NCBI RefSeq assembly: GCF_009914755.1
Contig: NC_060939.1
Source: the human T2T-CHM13v2.0 reference genome, Homo sapiens
Strand: one strand, 5' to 3'
DNA length: 64,000 nt
A program made the translations under genes and the position numbers. The notes beneath the pieces were generated by a model. It saw nothing but the letters and a program-made list of their open reading frames with translations, was not told where the DNA came from and did not search any database. How positions within the stretch are numbered: the first letter of the stretch is position 1; every line of letters starts with the position of its first letter. Positions 1 to 12,000 of this stretch are shown in pieces.

Positions 1-3000
1 CAGCATGACATGATCGTCAACGTGTGGGCCTGGAAGGTGAGTGGCTGGGTGGGGTGGCCTGGCAGCCTCACAGGGGTCAAGTGTCAGCTGGGGAGGCAAG
101 AGACTGCTGACCTGCACTGCTCCATTCCACCCCACTGAACCATTCTCATTCTAGAAAGTTATTTGAAGCAGAAAAGAGCAACTGTGTGGCCAAGCATGTT
201 GGTTGAAGGGGCTAGCTTTATGCCTTCAAAGACTTCTGCAGGAAACGAATCTTTTCAGCTCCTCTAGAAAGGGATTATTTCCCTACCCCTCTTTTTCTGG
301 CCAGTAAATTCTGGAAAGAAACACTTTGTCAAGTACAAATTCTAATTCTCCTCCATTCTCTGAGTCACTGTCTTCTTAGCTCCAAGAGACAGAGCCTTGA
401 TTCTTCCTTTGGCATCCCCTCCAGAAAAACATTGTGGTGGCCTCCAACAAGGTGTCCAGTCGGGTGACAGCAGTGTCCTTCTCTGAGGATTGCAGCTACT
501 TTGTCACTGCAGGCAACCGACACATCAAATTCTGGTATCTCGATGACAGCAAGACCTCAAAGGTGAGGTGCTGAAGCTGGGAGTAGCCACCAAGGCCCCT
601 GGCAGGGCCTGCCCAGCCCAACCCAGAAGACTCTGCCCCACTTGGGCCTCTCTCTGCATTCCCAGCAGTCATGCAGAAGTTTTGGATGAGCCAGATGCTG
701 TCTGGGCTGAGGAGTAGGCCCAAAGAGCAAGGAGGTGCTGGAGGCGTCCCCTGTACTCTCCTAGGGCCCAGTTTCCAGGGGCAGGCTCTGGGGTGGATGG
801 GGGTGTAACAGTGGTGTGCCTCCACAGGTGAATGCCACTGTGCCCTTGCTGGGCCGCTCAGGGCTGCTGGGAGAGCTACGGAACAACCTATTCACTGATG
901 TGGCCTGTGGCAGAGGAAAAAAGGCGGACAGTACCTTCTGCATCACGTCCTCAGGGCTGCTGTGCGAGTTCAGTGATCGAAGGCTTTTGGACAAGTGGGT
1001 GGAGCTGAGGGTAAGTACCTCCGTCCCCAGGGGTAGGGTCTGCTCATGTCTCAGCTCAGGGGAGAACTAGTGCCCAGGGCTTCAGACTAGGGGCTGGTCC
1101 CTTGTGCATACGGGAGATCCCAGGAGAACGAAGCTTGGGGGAGCTAGAGCTTGGCCCATTTCCAGCCCTTGGTGATCTGTATAACTGCCTCCTCTCTGCT
1201 CTTTCTGTCTCTTTCCCCTGCTTTCCTCTTCCGCTCAGAACATAGACAGCTTCACAGTAAGTGGTGCCTGCACCTTCCTCTCTTTCTCATGCTATTTCTT
1301 TCTCTTCACTGGGCTTTTCCTACTGGATCCTCTGGTGCCTAGAAGAATCCTCGGTTCCTAATCCCTGGCTGGACAGGGCTGAGGGGCTCAGAACAGGGCA
1401 GCTGGGCGGCTTTTCCCTTGCCCCTGCCTTGGCCGGTCCCTCCTCTTGGCAGGTGGCTGTTGATGGGTGGGGAGGAGAGAAGACTGAGTGGGCAGGTGGC
1501 CTTGCTGAGCTGAGCCACTCTGCCCACAGACCACAGTGGCCCACTGCATCTCTGTGAGCCAAGACTACATCTTCTGTGGCTGTGCTGATGGCACCGTGCG
1601 CCTTTTCAACCCCTCTAACCTGCACTTCCTTAGCACCTTGCCCCGACCCCATGCTCTGGGGACAGACATTGCTAGCGTCACCGAGGCCAGGTGAGCTATG
1701 TGGGCCCCCCTTCCTCCATTTGTAGCCTTACCCCTGCCCAGTCTTTCTTGTCAGTGCCTCAGGGAGCAGGTGAAGAGTGTATTGATGCCCCAAAGATTAT
1801 TGGGAACACCTCTTTAGACAGAAGAATTTGGGTTTATTGGTACTTGTTGCAACCAAGGAGACCCCACCCCATGGAGAACTGTGGAGAGTCTCAGTAAGTG
1901 GGTGTTAGGAGGGACATATGGGATTTGGGTTTGCGTTGGGTGATTTTAGGAATCGTTCAAGGGATTGAAGTATTCTGGTTGGATGCTGTCCGGAACTAGG
2001 GGCAATTCTACAGTGGAACATCTTGTTAATTTATCTAAGAGGTGAAGGAAAGGTATGGGGCTAAAGCTGTATTTGGTCAAGAAGCCGCCAGCAGTCATGT
2101 AGATGGGAAAGGCGGTGTTTGGTCATTGTCATGGTTCGTTGTGGTTTGTATGGTGATCTTGTTTTTATCTGTGCACAGAGTAGTCTTGTTTTTGTTTTGC
2201 CCCATCACAGCCATAGAAGTACCTTGTCTAACGTTGGTGTTCTGTGAAGCTGTGTTCATCCGAACACCATGGCCCAGCAGCTAGTGCTGGGTCAGGTTCC
2301 TGCTGATGGCTAGTAGGGGCTCCTTTCTTCTCTCAAGCAACTACTTCCAAACCTGCAGGTCCAGGGAGGGCTCCTCACACACTGCTCCTTCCATTGTGGA
2401 TTGGCTTCTCTTTTCATTCCCTTCAGTCTGACCAGTGTGCCCTGTCCTCTCCCTACAGTCGCCTCTTCTCTGGAGTGGCGAATGCCAGGTATCCAGACAC
2501 CATTGCCTTGACCTTTGATCCTACTAATCAGTGGCTGTCTTGTGTGTACAACGATCATAGCATTTATGTTTGGGATGTGAGGGACCCCAAGAAAGTGGGC
2601 AAGGTGTACTCGGCTCTGTATCATTCTTCCTGCGTCTGGAGTGTGGAGGTATGTGGGCTGGCTGGCTGGCTGGAGACTGGCCAGGTTGGCTGGGATACCA
2701 TTTTGAGGACAGAAAATAGGGATCCCCAAGTATAATCTTAGATTCCTGCTGCCTCCCTGTTTCTCCAGTGACTTCCCTGGGATAGATCCTGGGGACTGAG
2801 TTTGAATGTTACAGGCTTCCCCAGTGTGCCCCATCCTTAGTTTTGCCTCGGTCATCTTGGACAAGTTATTGAATTTGACCAAGCCTCAGTTTCCTCACCT
2901 GTAAAATGGTGTACTTGATTCACCTAATTGTTCTAAGAATAAAATGAAATAATGTAAGTGGGAGACATAGAAGAGTGCCTGATATATAGTGGGTGCTTCC

Positions 3001-6000
3001 CCTTGGTCATGTTGAAGGGTATATACCAGTTATGTATGGCCTGTGACAGGCACTGGGCTAAGTCCTGGCCACCATTCCCTTTTTCGTCCCATTCCCTTCC
3101 ATCTCCTTGGGTAGGCAGAGGACTGCTCCCGAATGGAGGTCTGATTGTGTTCCCTCGGCCTCTTCAGGTCTACCCCGAGGTGAAGGATAGTAACCAGGCC
3201 TGCCTGCCCCCCAGTTCCTTTATTACCTGCTCCTCAGACAACACCATCCGCCTGTGGAACACAGAGAGCTCCGGGGTGCATGGCTCCACCCTCCACCGAA
3301 ACATCCTCAGCAGTGTGAGCCCTGAGGCTGTGGGGCCCCGCTTCACCCTCAGTGCCCCCATCCCCACAGCTATTGCACCTTGTTACTGGGAACTGGTCCC
3401 TAGGCCTTGGCCTTCCAGCCTTCATTTGGCTGTGCTCTGTGGTCCAAGGGTTTGTTTTGCTCAGCTTTCTTGCCCCTTGCAGCTGTACTGGTCAGGCCTG
3501 CCTCATCCACCTTTTCTAACCTGTTCCACTAGGACCTCATTAAAATCATCTATGTGGATGGGAACACCCAGGCCCTGCTGGACACAGAGCTGCCTGGAGG
3601 AGACAAAGCTGATGCATCCCTGTTGGATCCCCGCGTGGGCATCCGCTCGGTGTGTGTCAGCCCCAATGGACAGCATCTAGCATCAGGGGACCGTATGGGC
3701 ACACTTAGGTAATGCCAGGCCCTGGGTGGGTACTGACTGCCTCTCATGGTGCAGAGTTGGGTATTTAGAACTTTAGGGAGGGTTTGGCTCAAAAAGATTG
3801 GGCAACAAGATACTTATTTACAAGGCAAAGATAATAACTTCACAATGAGTAAACCTAGCAGAAATCATCTTCACCAAGTGATCAAGGTTAACATCCTCAT
3901 ATCAACATCATTAAGCCCATGATAGGATGTACTAAGAAGGATGTGACAATGTTTCTGTGGTATTCTTACCAAAAATGCATAAACTCAATATAGGCGTGAG
4001 AAAACATCCGACAAACTCACATTGAGGTACATACCACAGAGTAACTGATCAATACTCTTCAAAAACGTCAAGATCATGAAAAGTAAGGAAAGACCAGAGA
4101 ACTGTTACAGACCACAGAAGTCTAAGGAGAAGTAACTAAATGCAATTTGGATTCTGGATAGGATCTAGAGTCAAGAAAAAGGACATAGTAGGAAAACTGG
4201 TGAAATTTGAATAAGGTCTCTAATTAATAGTATTATACCAACATAAATTTCCTAGTTTTGATAATTGCACTATCGTTATGTAAGATGTTCACATTAGGGA
4301 AAGCTGGGTAAGGGAAATATAGACGCTCTCTGTTCTTTCAGCAACTTTTCTCTAAGCCTAAAAGTTCAAAAAAAGGAAAAAGGAGGAGAAAATGTAGCAG
4401 AGGAGGGGGCGTGAGTCCTTCCTGCGGCCTGGCCATGGCCTCTTCCCACCTCTCCTCATCTTTGCAGGGTGCACGAACTTCAGTCCCTGAGTGAGATGCT
4501 GAAGGTGGAGGCCCATGACTCTGAGATTCTGTGCCTGGAGTATTCTAAGCCAGACACAGGTTAGGAGAATGCCCGGAATGGCACAGGGCTCCTCCAGTCC
4601 TGCCGGTGCCACTTATATCTGTCCCGGCTCTTGGACGTGGGGTCGGTAATCTTTGGATCATTGGTGTCTTTGCTGGTTTAGAGGAAGACAGCTCTGTCCT
4701 TGCTCCATGGTTCACATGGCTTGGGGATATGGGGCTCAGTTCCCTTGGGGCTCTTTGCCAGGCCCAGATAAGGGCTGTTCAGGGCACTCATGGGCTGATG
4801 GAGTTCTTTCATCCCCAGGTCTGAAACTGCTAGCATCGGCGAGCCGGGACCGGCTGATCCATGTGCTGGATGCCGGGCGGGAGTACAGCCTACAGCAGAC
4901 GCTGGACGAACACTCATCCTCCATCACTGCTGTCAAGTTTGCAGGTGCGGGCAGGGTGAATGAGACACATCCTGCCACTCTCACCCCTGCTGCCATCTGC
5001 CTCCCACCTCCATGAGAAGGGTCTGCCCATTGTGGGGGAGTGTTGGACAGCAGCTGGGAGGCCTGGAGCTGGTTGGGAAGATAGGTGGAACAGAGACTCT
5101 CAGTGCTGGGACTTGAGCCAACCAGGTTGGACTGAGGATAAGGAGACAGGAAAACCTGGGTTTCCAGGTTTAATTTAGTTGGTTTTCCCTGGCATGTAGA
5201 GTAGCTTGATGGGGGATCTCATGGAGGGAAGGTGGGAGGCAGGCTGCTCCCATGTGGTGAGAACAGTGGGAACAGCTGGGCTTCCCTCCTTCATAGCCAG
5301 TGATGGGCAAGTCCGCATGATCAGCTGTGGAGCAGACAAGAGCATCTACTTCCGCACTGCGCAGAAGGTGAGGGCGCTGGGCTTTCCTGAGAGGGGCGGG
5401 ACAGGGCGGGGTCTGCCATTCCCTGCCTAAGGTTACAAGAGGTGAAGGGAGGCGCAAGTAGGGCTCTTGGGGCCTGGTGAGGCATTTGGGTGTGGGCCTG
5501 CCCACATGCTCCACCCCTGCAGTCTGGAGATGGAGTGCAGTTCACACGGACACACCACGTGGTGCGGAAGACGACCCTCTATGACATGGATGTGGAGCCC
5601 AGCTGGAAGTACACGGCTATCGGCTGCCAGGACCGAAATATTCGGTGGGCGTCCCCTCCTCAGACTCTGCCCACATTCCTTCATCGCCCTACGGGGTCAG
5701 CTCTGTGCAGCTAAGTTCCCACATCTGTCGTTCTGTACAGGACTTTGTACCCCCTTGAGCCTACAGTACTTTGCTTCACCCAAGAGGTGGTAGCCTGTTT
5801 GCTGCTGGGGGTAGCTCCCAGAGAGTGTAGACTGGGAGTGAAAGCTGGCATTTCCATCCCCCAGGCGTGTTCCACCTTCACCGCCTCCTCATGAGAAAGA
5901 GACTATGTTTCTTACAGGATATTTAACATCAGCAGTGGAAAGCAGAAGAAGCTGTTTAAAGGGTCACAGGGTGAGGACGGCACACTCATTAAGGTAAGGA

Positions 6001-9000
6001 CCCAGAGGGGGTACTGGACAGGGGCTCGGGGACAGAGTGGTGCTGGGTGGGAGGGACTGGTACTTCCCATGTCCTCCAGCTGCACACCCTGCTACTCCTC
6101 AGGTGCAGACAGACCCCTCAGGGATCTACATTGCCACCAGCTGTTCTGACAAGAATCTCTCCATTTTTGACTTCTCCTCAGGCGAGTGCGTGGCCACCAT
6201 GTTTGGCCACTCAGGTGAGTGTAGCCTGAATCCCCGAGTAGAAGCTGATACCTGCGTAAACCTGAGTGAGTTCCACCCCTGGAACTTCACTCTTCTATTA
6301 GTTTCTTGGGACCCGCAGAGCTACCTATCCCTACCCTGCAGCCAACCCCCGTGTCCACTGTTGGGATGGAGAGGACTTGGTTGGGAATTTAAGGTGGCTT
6401 ATAGACCGTATTCTTTGTTCTTCACAGAGATTGTCACTGGCATGAAATTTAGTAATGATTGTAAACATCTCATCTCTGTGTCTGGGGACAGGTGAGCAGA
6501 AGCCAGCTTCCCTGAGAGGCAGATTCTTACTCTGCCACAGCACCCTGCCCTCCCCTCTCTCCATTTCAGTGATGTCTCTGGGAAGTGGGGTTAACAGGGA
6601 TAGCTTTTGGCTGTGCTTGACCTGAAGTGGAGGGTGGCTCTGGTCTCCTTGCCATCCATGGATAAGGGGAACGAATGGCGCTAGCCATTCTACCTGCCCC
6701 TCCTTCAGCCAACTGTGTGGCTTTACCCCAGCTGCATATTTGTGTGGCGCCTGAGCTCTGAGATGACCATCAGCATGAGGCAGCGTCTGGCCGAGTTGCG
6801 CCAGCGTCAGCGGGGCGGCAAGCAGCAAGGACCATCCTCTCCCCAAAGGGCTTCTGGACCCAACCGGTGAGAACAGAATGTGGGCAAGTGATGGGTGGGT
6901 GTGCAGATGGCTTGCTGGGACCTCACTGCACTTCCTCCATGCTTTGGGCCTGCCATTCAGCAACTCTGTCTCCCAAGACCTTACCTCTCACACAAGGATC
7001 CATGATGTGAGCCTCTTCCCCCTGTTGAGTCTCCTCTCCCCCTATTGAGTCTCATCTTCCCCTCATTGAGTCTCCTCTTCCTTCTTCCCCCACTGAGCCT
7101 CCTCTCCCCCTATTGAGTCTCCTCTCCCCATGCCCTTCCTTGTCTCGGACTCAGGCACCAGGCCCCATCAATGCTGTCTCCTGGACCGGCTCTCTCATCA
7201 GACAGTGACAAGGAGGGAGAAGATGAGGGGACTGAAGAAGAACTTCCAGCACTGCCCGTCCTTGCCAAGAGTACCAAGAAGGCACTGGGTCTGTGGCAGT
7301 TGGGTGTGGGGGCAGACAGGCCCTAGTTGGTATAATGGCTAGATATGGTTTTTCTGAGACTGTGGGGTGAGAGCAGTGTGAGCTGAGGAAACTGAGGCAT
7401 CACTGTGGCCACACAGGGTATGGGCTGATGGGGCCAGGGCTCCAGGGTTGGGTGGCGGGGGGGGCGGCAGGAGACACTTCCTCTGACTGCCTGTTTCTGT
7501 CTAGCCTCGGTCCCCAGCCCAGCTTTGCCCCGAAGCCTGTCCCACTGGGAGATGAGTCGGGTGAGTCGCCATTGTTAAAATGTTCTTCCAAGGTTAGAGG
7601 AGGCAAAGGGAGCTGTGAGAACAGGGCTCTCTGGGCCTGGTAGGGTACTGGGGCATGGGGTCTGCCCACATGCTGCACTCGTGTGTCCAAGGAAGGCCTT
7701 GTCGGGGAAGTTGAAGCAGCTGGGCTGGTCCTGGGTGCGGGGGTGAAGAAAGCCCAGGTATTTCCTTCCTGTGGACCAGTTGGGGTGGATGGAGCACAGG
7801 GTTAGTCAGCACTGGGGAGGTGGGGCACTTGTTCAGCTGCCTGGTGCCTGGAAGTAAATATCATCAGAGAAGAGCTCAAGGTGGAGAGGACAAAGGACCC
7901 CTAAGCCAGATAGTTAGAACTAAAATGCAGGAAATCAAGGATCCAAAGAGCGGAGATCTGGAGAAACAGTTCTAAAGATCCCGGTTAGGAGGTAAGCGGA
8001 GAACTTCCAGAATAGTTAGAGGGAAAAGGCCATGAGGGGACCCATAACTCAGCGACTGCCCTGGGGTGGCCAAAGGGGGATCAAGGTGTTCAGAGCAAGT
8101 TCCCAAGCACCAGTACCTTCCGTTGTCAGCAACAGTTTCACAGAGTGATGATGCTGTGGTGTCTCTGGAGCACCCTGACCGGGCCAGGGGTCTCAGGCCT
8201 GGGCTATAGGTTTGTCCTTGGTGCTGTGAGGGGACTTTGGGGCCCCCAGCTATTGGAGTGATTGGGGTAGAGAGGCAAAAGGAGTGGTTGGGGTAGACAG
8301 GCAGAAGTGGCCTTTGCCCTGGGCTGGATTTCTTGGGGGACTCTTGGTAGTAAGTGGTTGCTGCTGGGGCTGTCCTCAGAGTAGGAGACTTTTAGAGACC
8401 CCCAGCTCTGAGGCATCCATGATACCAGGTGAAGGCTGAGACTAGGGGTTCCTGTGCCAGAGGATGCGGAATGCAGCTAAGAGCATGAACTCTGGAGCCA
8501 GACTAACCTGCAGGCCACTTACTGTCTGTGGGACGCAGACTGCTCACTTAAGCCCCCTGTGCTTCAGTCTCCTCATCTGTAAAACAAGGATTATACTAGT
8601 GCCCATTTCAAAAGGTTGCTGTGAGGATGAAGTAAGCTAGTATGTGTAGTGTGCCAGGCACATAGTAAGGGATATGTGGATATTTGTTGATCTTACTGTG
8701 TGGTTGTTGTTACTCCTCCCCCACCCCCTACCTCCCACCAGGCACAGGAGTCCGTGGGGTTCCTGGACCCAGCTCCTGCAGCCAACCCAGGACCCAGAAG
8801 AAGAGGGCGCTGGGTTCAGCCAGGTGTGGAACTGAGCGTTAGATCCATGCTGGATCTGCGGCAGCTGGAAACACTGGCCCCAAGCCTGCAGGACCCTAGC
8901 CAGGACTCGCTGGCCATCATCCCATCTGGTCCCAGGAAGCATGGGCAGGAGGCCCTTGAGACTTCACTCACTAGCCAGGTGAGCCTGCTTTCTCCCAGCT

Positions 9001-12000
9001 CTCTAGAGAGTTCCAAGGGGCCTTAGGCAGCCTTTGCCACCAGCTGGGACCTGAGCACTGGTCCAGCTATGCTTGCTCTGCCCCTGTGGCACATGGGTAA
9101 CCTGAACTGCAAAGCCAGGATGGGGGTGGCTGGGCTGTATGGTTTGGTCATCAGGATAGGCAGGGGAGGGGTTGGGGTAGAGAGGCAAAAGTGGCCTTTG
9201 CCCTGGGCTGGGTTTCTTGGAGGACTCTTGGTATTAAGTGGTAGCTGGAGGTTGGCAGCCCAGAGTGCTAATATAGTTCATCCAGAAGCTCACATCAGCA
9301 ACTGGAGCCCAGCCTGGCTTCTCGATGTCTGTCCTTCAGCTTCCCCTTGAATGAGTGCACACCGCATCCTTACTCACCTCCACCTCTTCTCCAAGGGGAG
9401 GGTTGGCCCCCAGGATACTCAGGGCTTACCCCCCAGCTACCACTGCCTCATCTGTCACCTCTGCTCTGTTAACATCCCTTTGTGTGTTCCCAGAATGAAA
9501 AGCCCCCTCGGCCTCAGGCTTCCCAACCTTGTTCCTATCCCCATATTATCCGATTATTGTCACAAGAGGAAGGGGTCTTTGCCCAAGATCTGGAACCTGC
9601 ACCCATTGAAGATGGTATTGTCTACCCGGAGCCGAGTGACAACCCCACCATGGATACCAGGCAAGGATCCTGCCCTAGCCAGACCCCGTGCCCCCGTCTT
9701 CCCCTCCCTATGAGTGTTCTTTAGTCGAGGGAGGGTTGGCCCCCAGGATACTCAGGGCTTTCCTTCCAGCTCACCACTGCCTCATCCCTCACCCTGATCA
9801 CAGGCAGGAGTCCAGCGGGGCTGCTGCCTACCCCTGCTCACTGCCTTTTCTTCTCCCTGCTGGAATCCTGACAGTGAGTTCCAAGTGCAGGCTCCAGCCC
9901 GGGGAACTCTGGGAAGAGTGTACCCAGGCAGCAGGAGCTCAGAAAAGCACAGCCCTGACAGTGCCTGCTCTGTGGATTACAGCAGCAGCTGCCTTTCCAG
10001 CCCGGAGCACCCCACTGAAGGTGAGGCTGTAGCCTGGAGGGAGGGGCCATGGGGGGTGGGGCCTGGAGGTGGGTGGGGAGGCTCTGGCAACAGATGGGTG
10101 CAGTGCGATGCCTCTCTCCCCTCCCTACACCCAGACTCTGAGAGCACGGAGCCCCTCAGTGTGGATGGCATCTCCTCAGACCTTGAAGAGCCAGCTGAGG
10201 GTGATGAAGAAGAGGAAGAAGAGGAGGGAGGCATGGGCCCCTATGGGCTACAGGAGGGCAGCCCCCAGACTCCAGACCAGGAGCAGTTTCTAAAACAGCA
10301 CTTTGAGACTCTGGCCAGTGGAGCTGCTCCAGGTGTGGTCAGAGGGCCAGCATTTAGTGCCTGCAATTTGCCCTTCTCCCCTCCTTGCCTACCTGAGAGG
10401 AGGGTCCCAGGGTATAGGCTGTGGCTGGGGGTCTCAAGGAGGCAAAATCTGGGGCAAGGGCTTGGTTTTTGCCCCAATTCATGATTTCTCTGACCTTGGT
10501 AGGGGCCCCAGTGCAGGTCCCAGAGAGGTCAGAGTCTCGGAGTATCTCTTCACGATTCCTGTTGCAAGTACAGACCCGCCCACTCAGGTACAGAGGCCCC
10601 CTACCCCCCAGCAGCAGCTCTGGCTCTCCTCGCCTCCCAGGGCTGCTGCCCTCTCCTCTCCAGTGTTCTGTCTCTCCATGCGCGGGGTGTTTTGCACTCC
10701 CAGTTTTGGGCTAACTGGCCTTTCCCCAGCCCTATCTGGCTTTGTGCTTGTTCTCTCCTAGTGCCCTGGTGCTATGAGTTTCTCGCCATTTTGGCAGGGA
10801 GGAGCATTGAGCCTTCTCTGGGCCTTCTCCCACATGTTCTCCCTGTAGGGAACCATCCCCATCCTCCTCAAGCCTGGCACTGATGTCGAGACCAGCCCAG
10901 GTGCCACAGGCATCTGGTGAGCAGCCGAGAGGCAATGGTGCCAATCCCCCTGGAGCACCCCCGGAGGTGGAACCGTCCTCTGGCAACCCCAGCCCCCAGC
11001 AGGCAGCCTCTGTGCTGTTGCCACGATGCCGTCTCAACCCTGACAGCAGCTGGGCTCCCAAGAGAGTGGCCACAGCCAGCCCCTTTTCTGGACTCCAGAA
11101 GGCCCAGTCTGTGCACAGTCTGGTGCCACAGGGTGAGGAGCCTGATGGGTTCAGTGCCAGGGTGCAGGGTGTATGGAACACATGTACATGCTGGAGGAGG
11201 GAGGGCCTGGTGTGGCCCTGATGTGCCACTGTGCTGGCCACTAGGTGTCCCTTAATGGGCATGTGGAGGGGAACAGCAGCTCTTCGGGATTGGGTGTTGG
11301 CACCTGGGATGCCTTCCTCAACACCTGACCTGTGTATACCTCTGTCTCCTTTGCAGAAAGACATGAGGCCAGTCTGCAGGCCCCTTCACCAGGCGCACTG
11401 CTGTCTCGGGAGATCGAAGCTCAGGATGGTCTGGGCTCCCTGCCCCCAGCTGATGGCCCTCCGTCTCGGCCTCACTCCTATCAGAACCCCACCACCAGTT
11501 CCATGGCCAAGATATCCCGCAGTATCTCTGTTGGGGAGAACCTGGGCCTGGTGGCTGAACCTCAAGCTCATGCCCCCATCCGAGTCTCACCACTCAGCAA
11601 GCTGGCCCTGCCCAGCCGGGCTCACCTGGTCCTGGACATCCCCAAACCACTGCCTGACCGTCCTACCCTGGCTGCATTCTCTCCTGTCACCAAAGGCCGG
11701 GCCCCTGGCGAGGCAGAAAAGCCTGGCTTCCCGGTGGGCCTAGGAAAAGCTCACAGTACAACTGAGAGATGGGCCTGTTTGGGGGAGGGCACCACTCCCA
11801 AGCCTAGGACAGAGTGCCAGGCTCATCCTGGGCCCAGCAGCCCCTGTGCCCAGCAACTGCCAGTCAGCAGCCTCTTCCAAGGCCCTGAAAACTTGCAGCC
11901 CCCACCCCCTGAGAAGACTCCCAACCCCATGGAATGCACCAAGCCAGGGGCAGCCCTGAGCCAGGACTCAGGTGTGCACAGCTCCCCAGCTCTCATCTCC

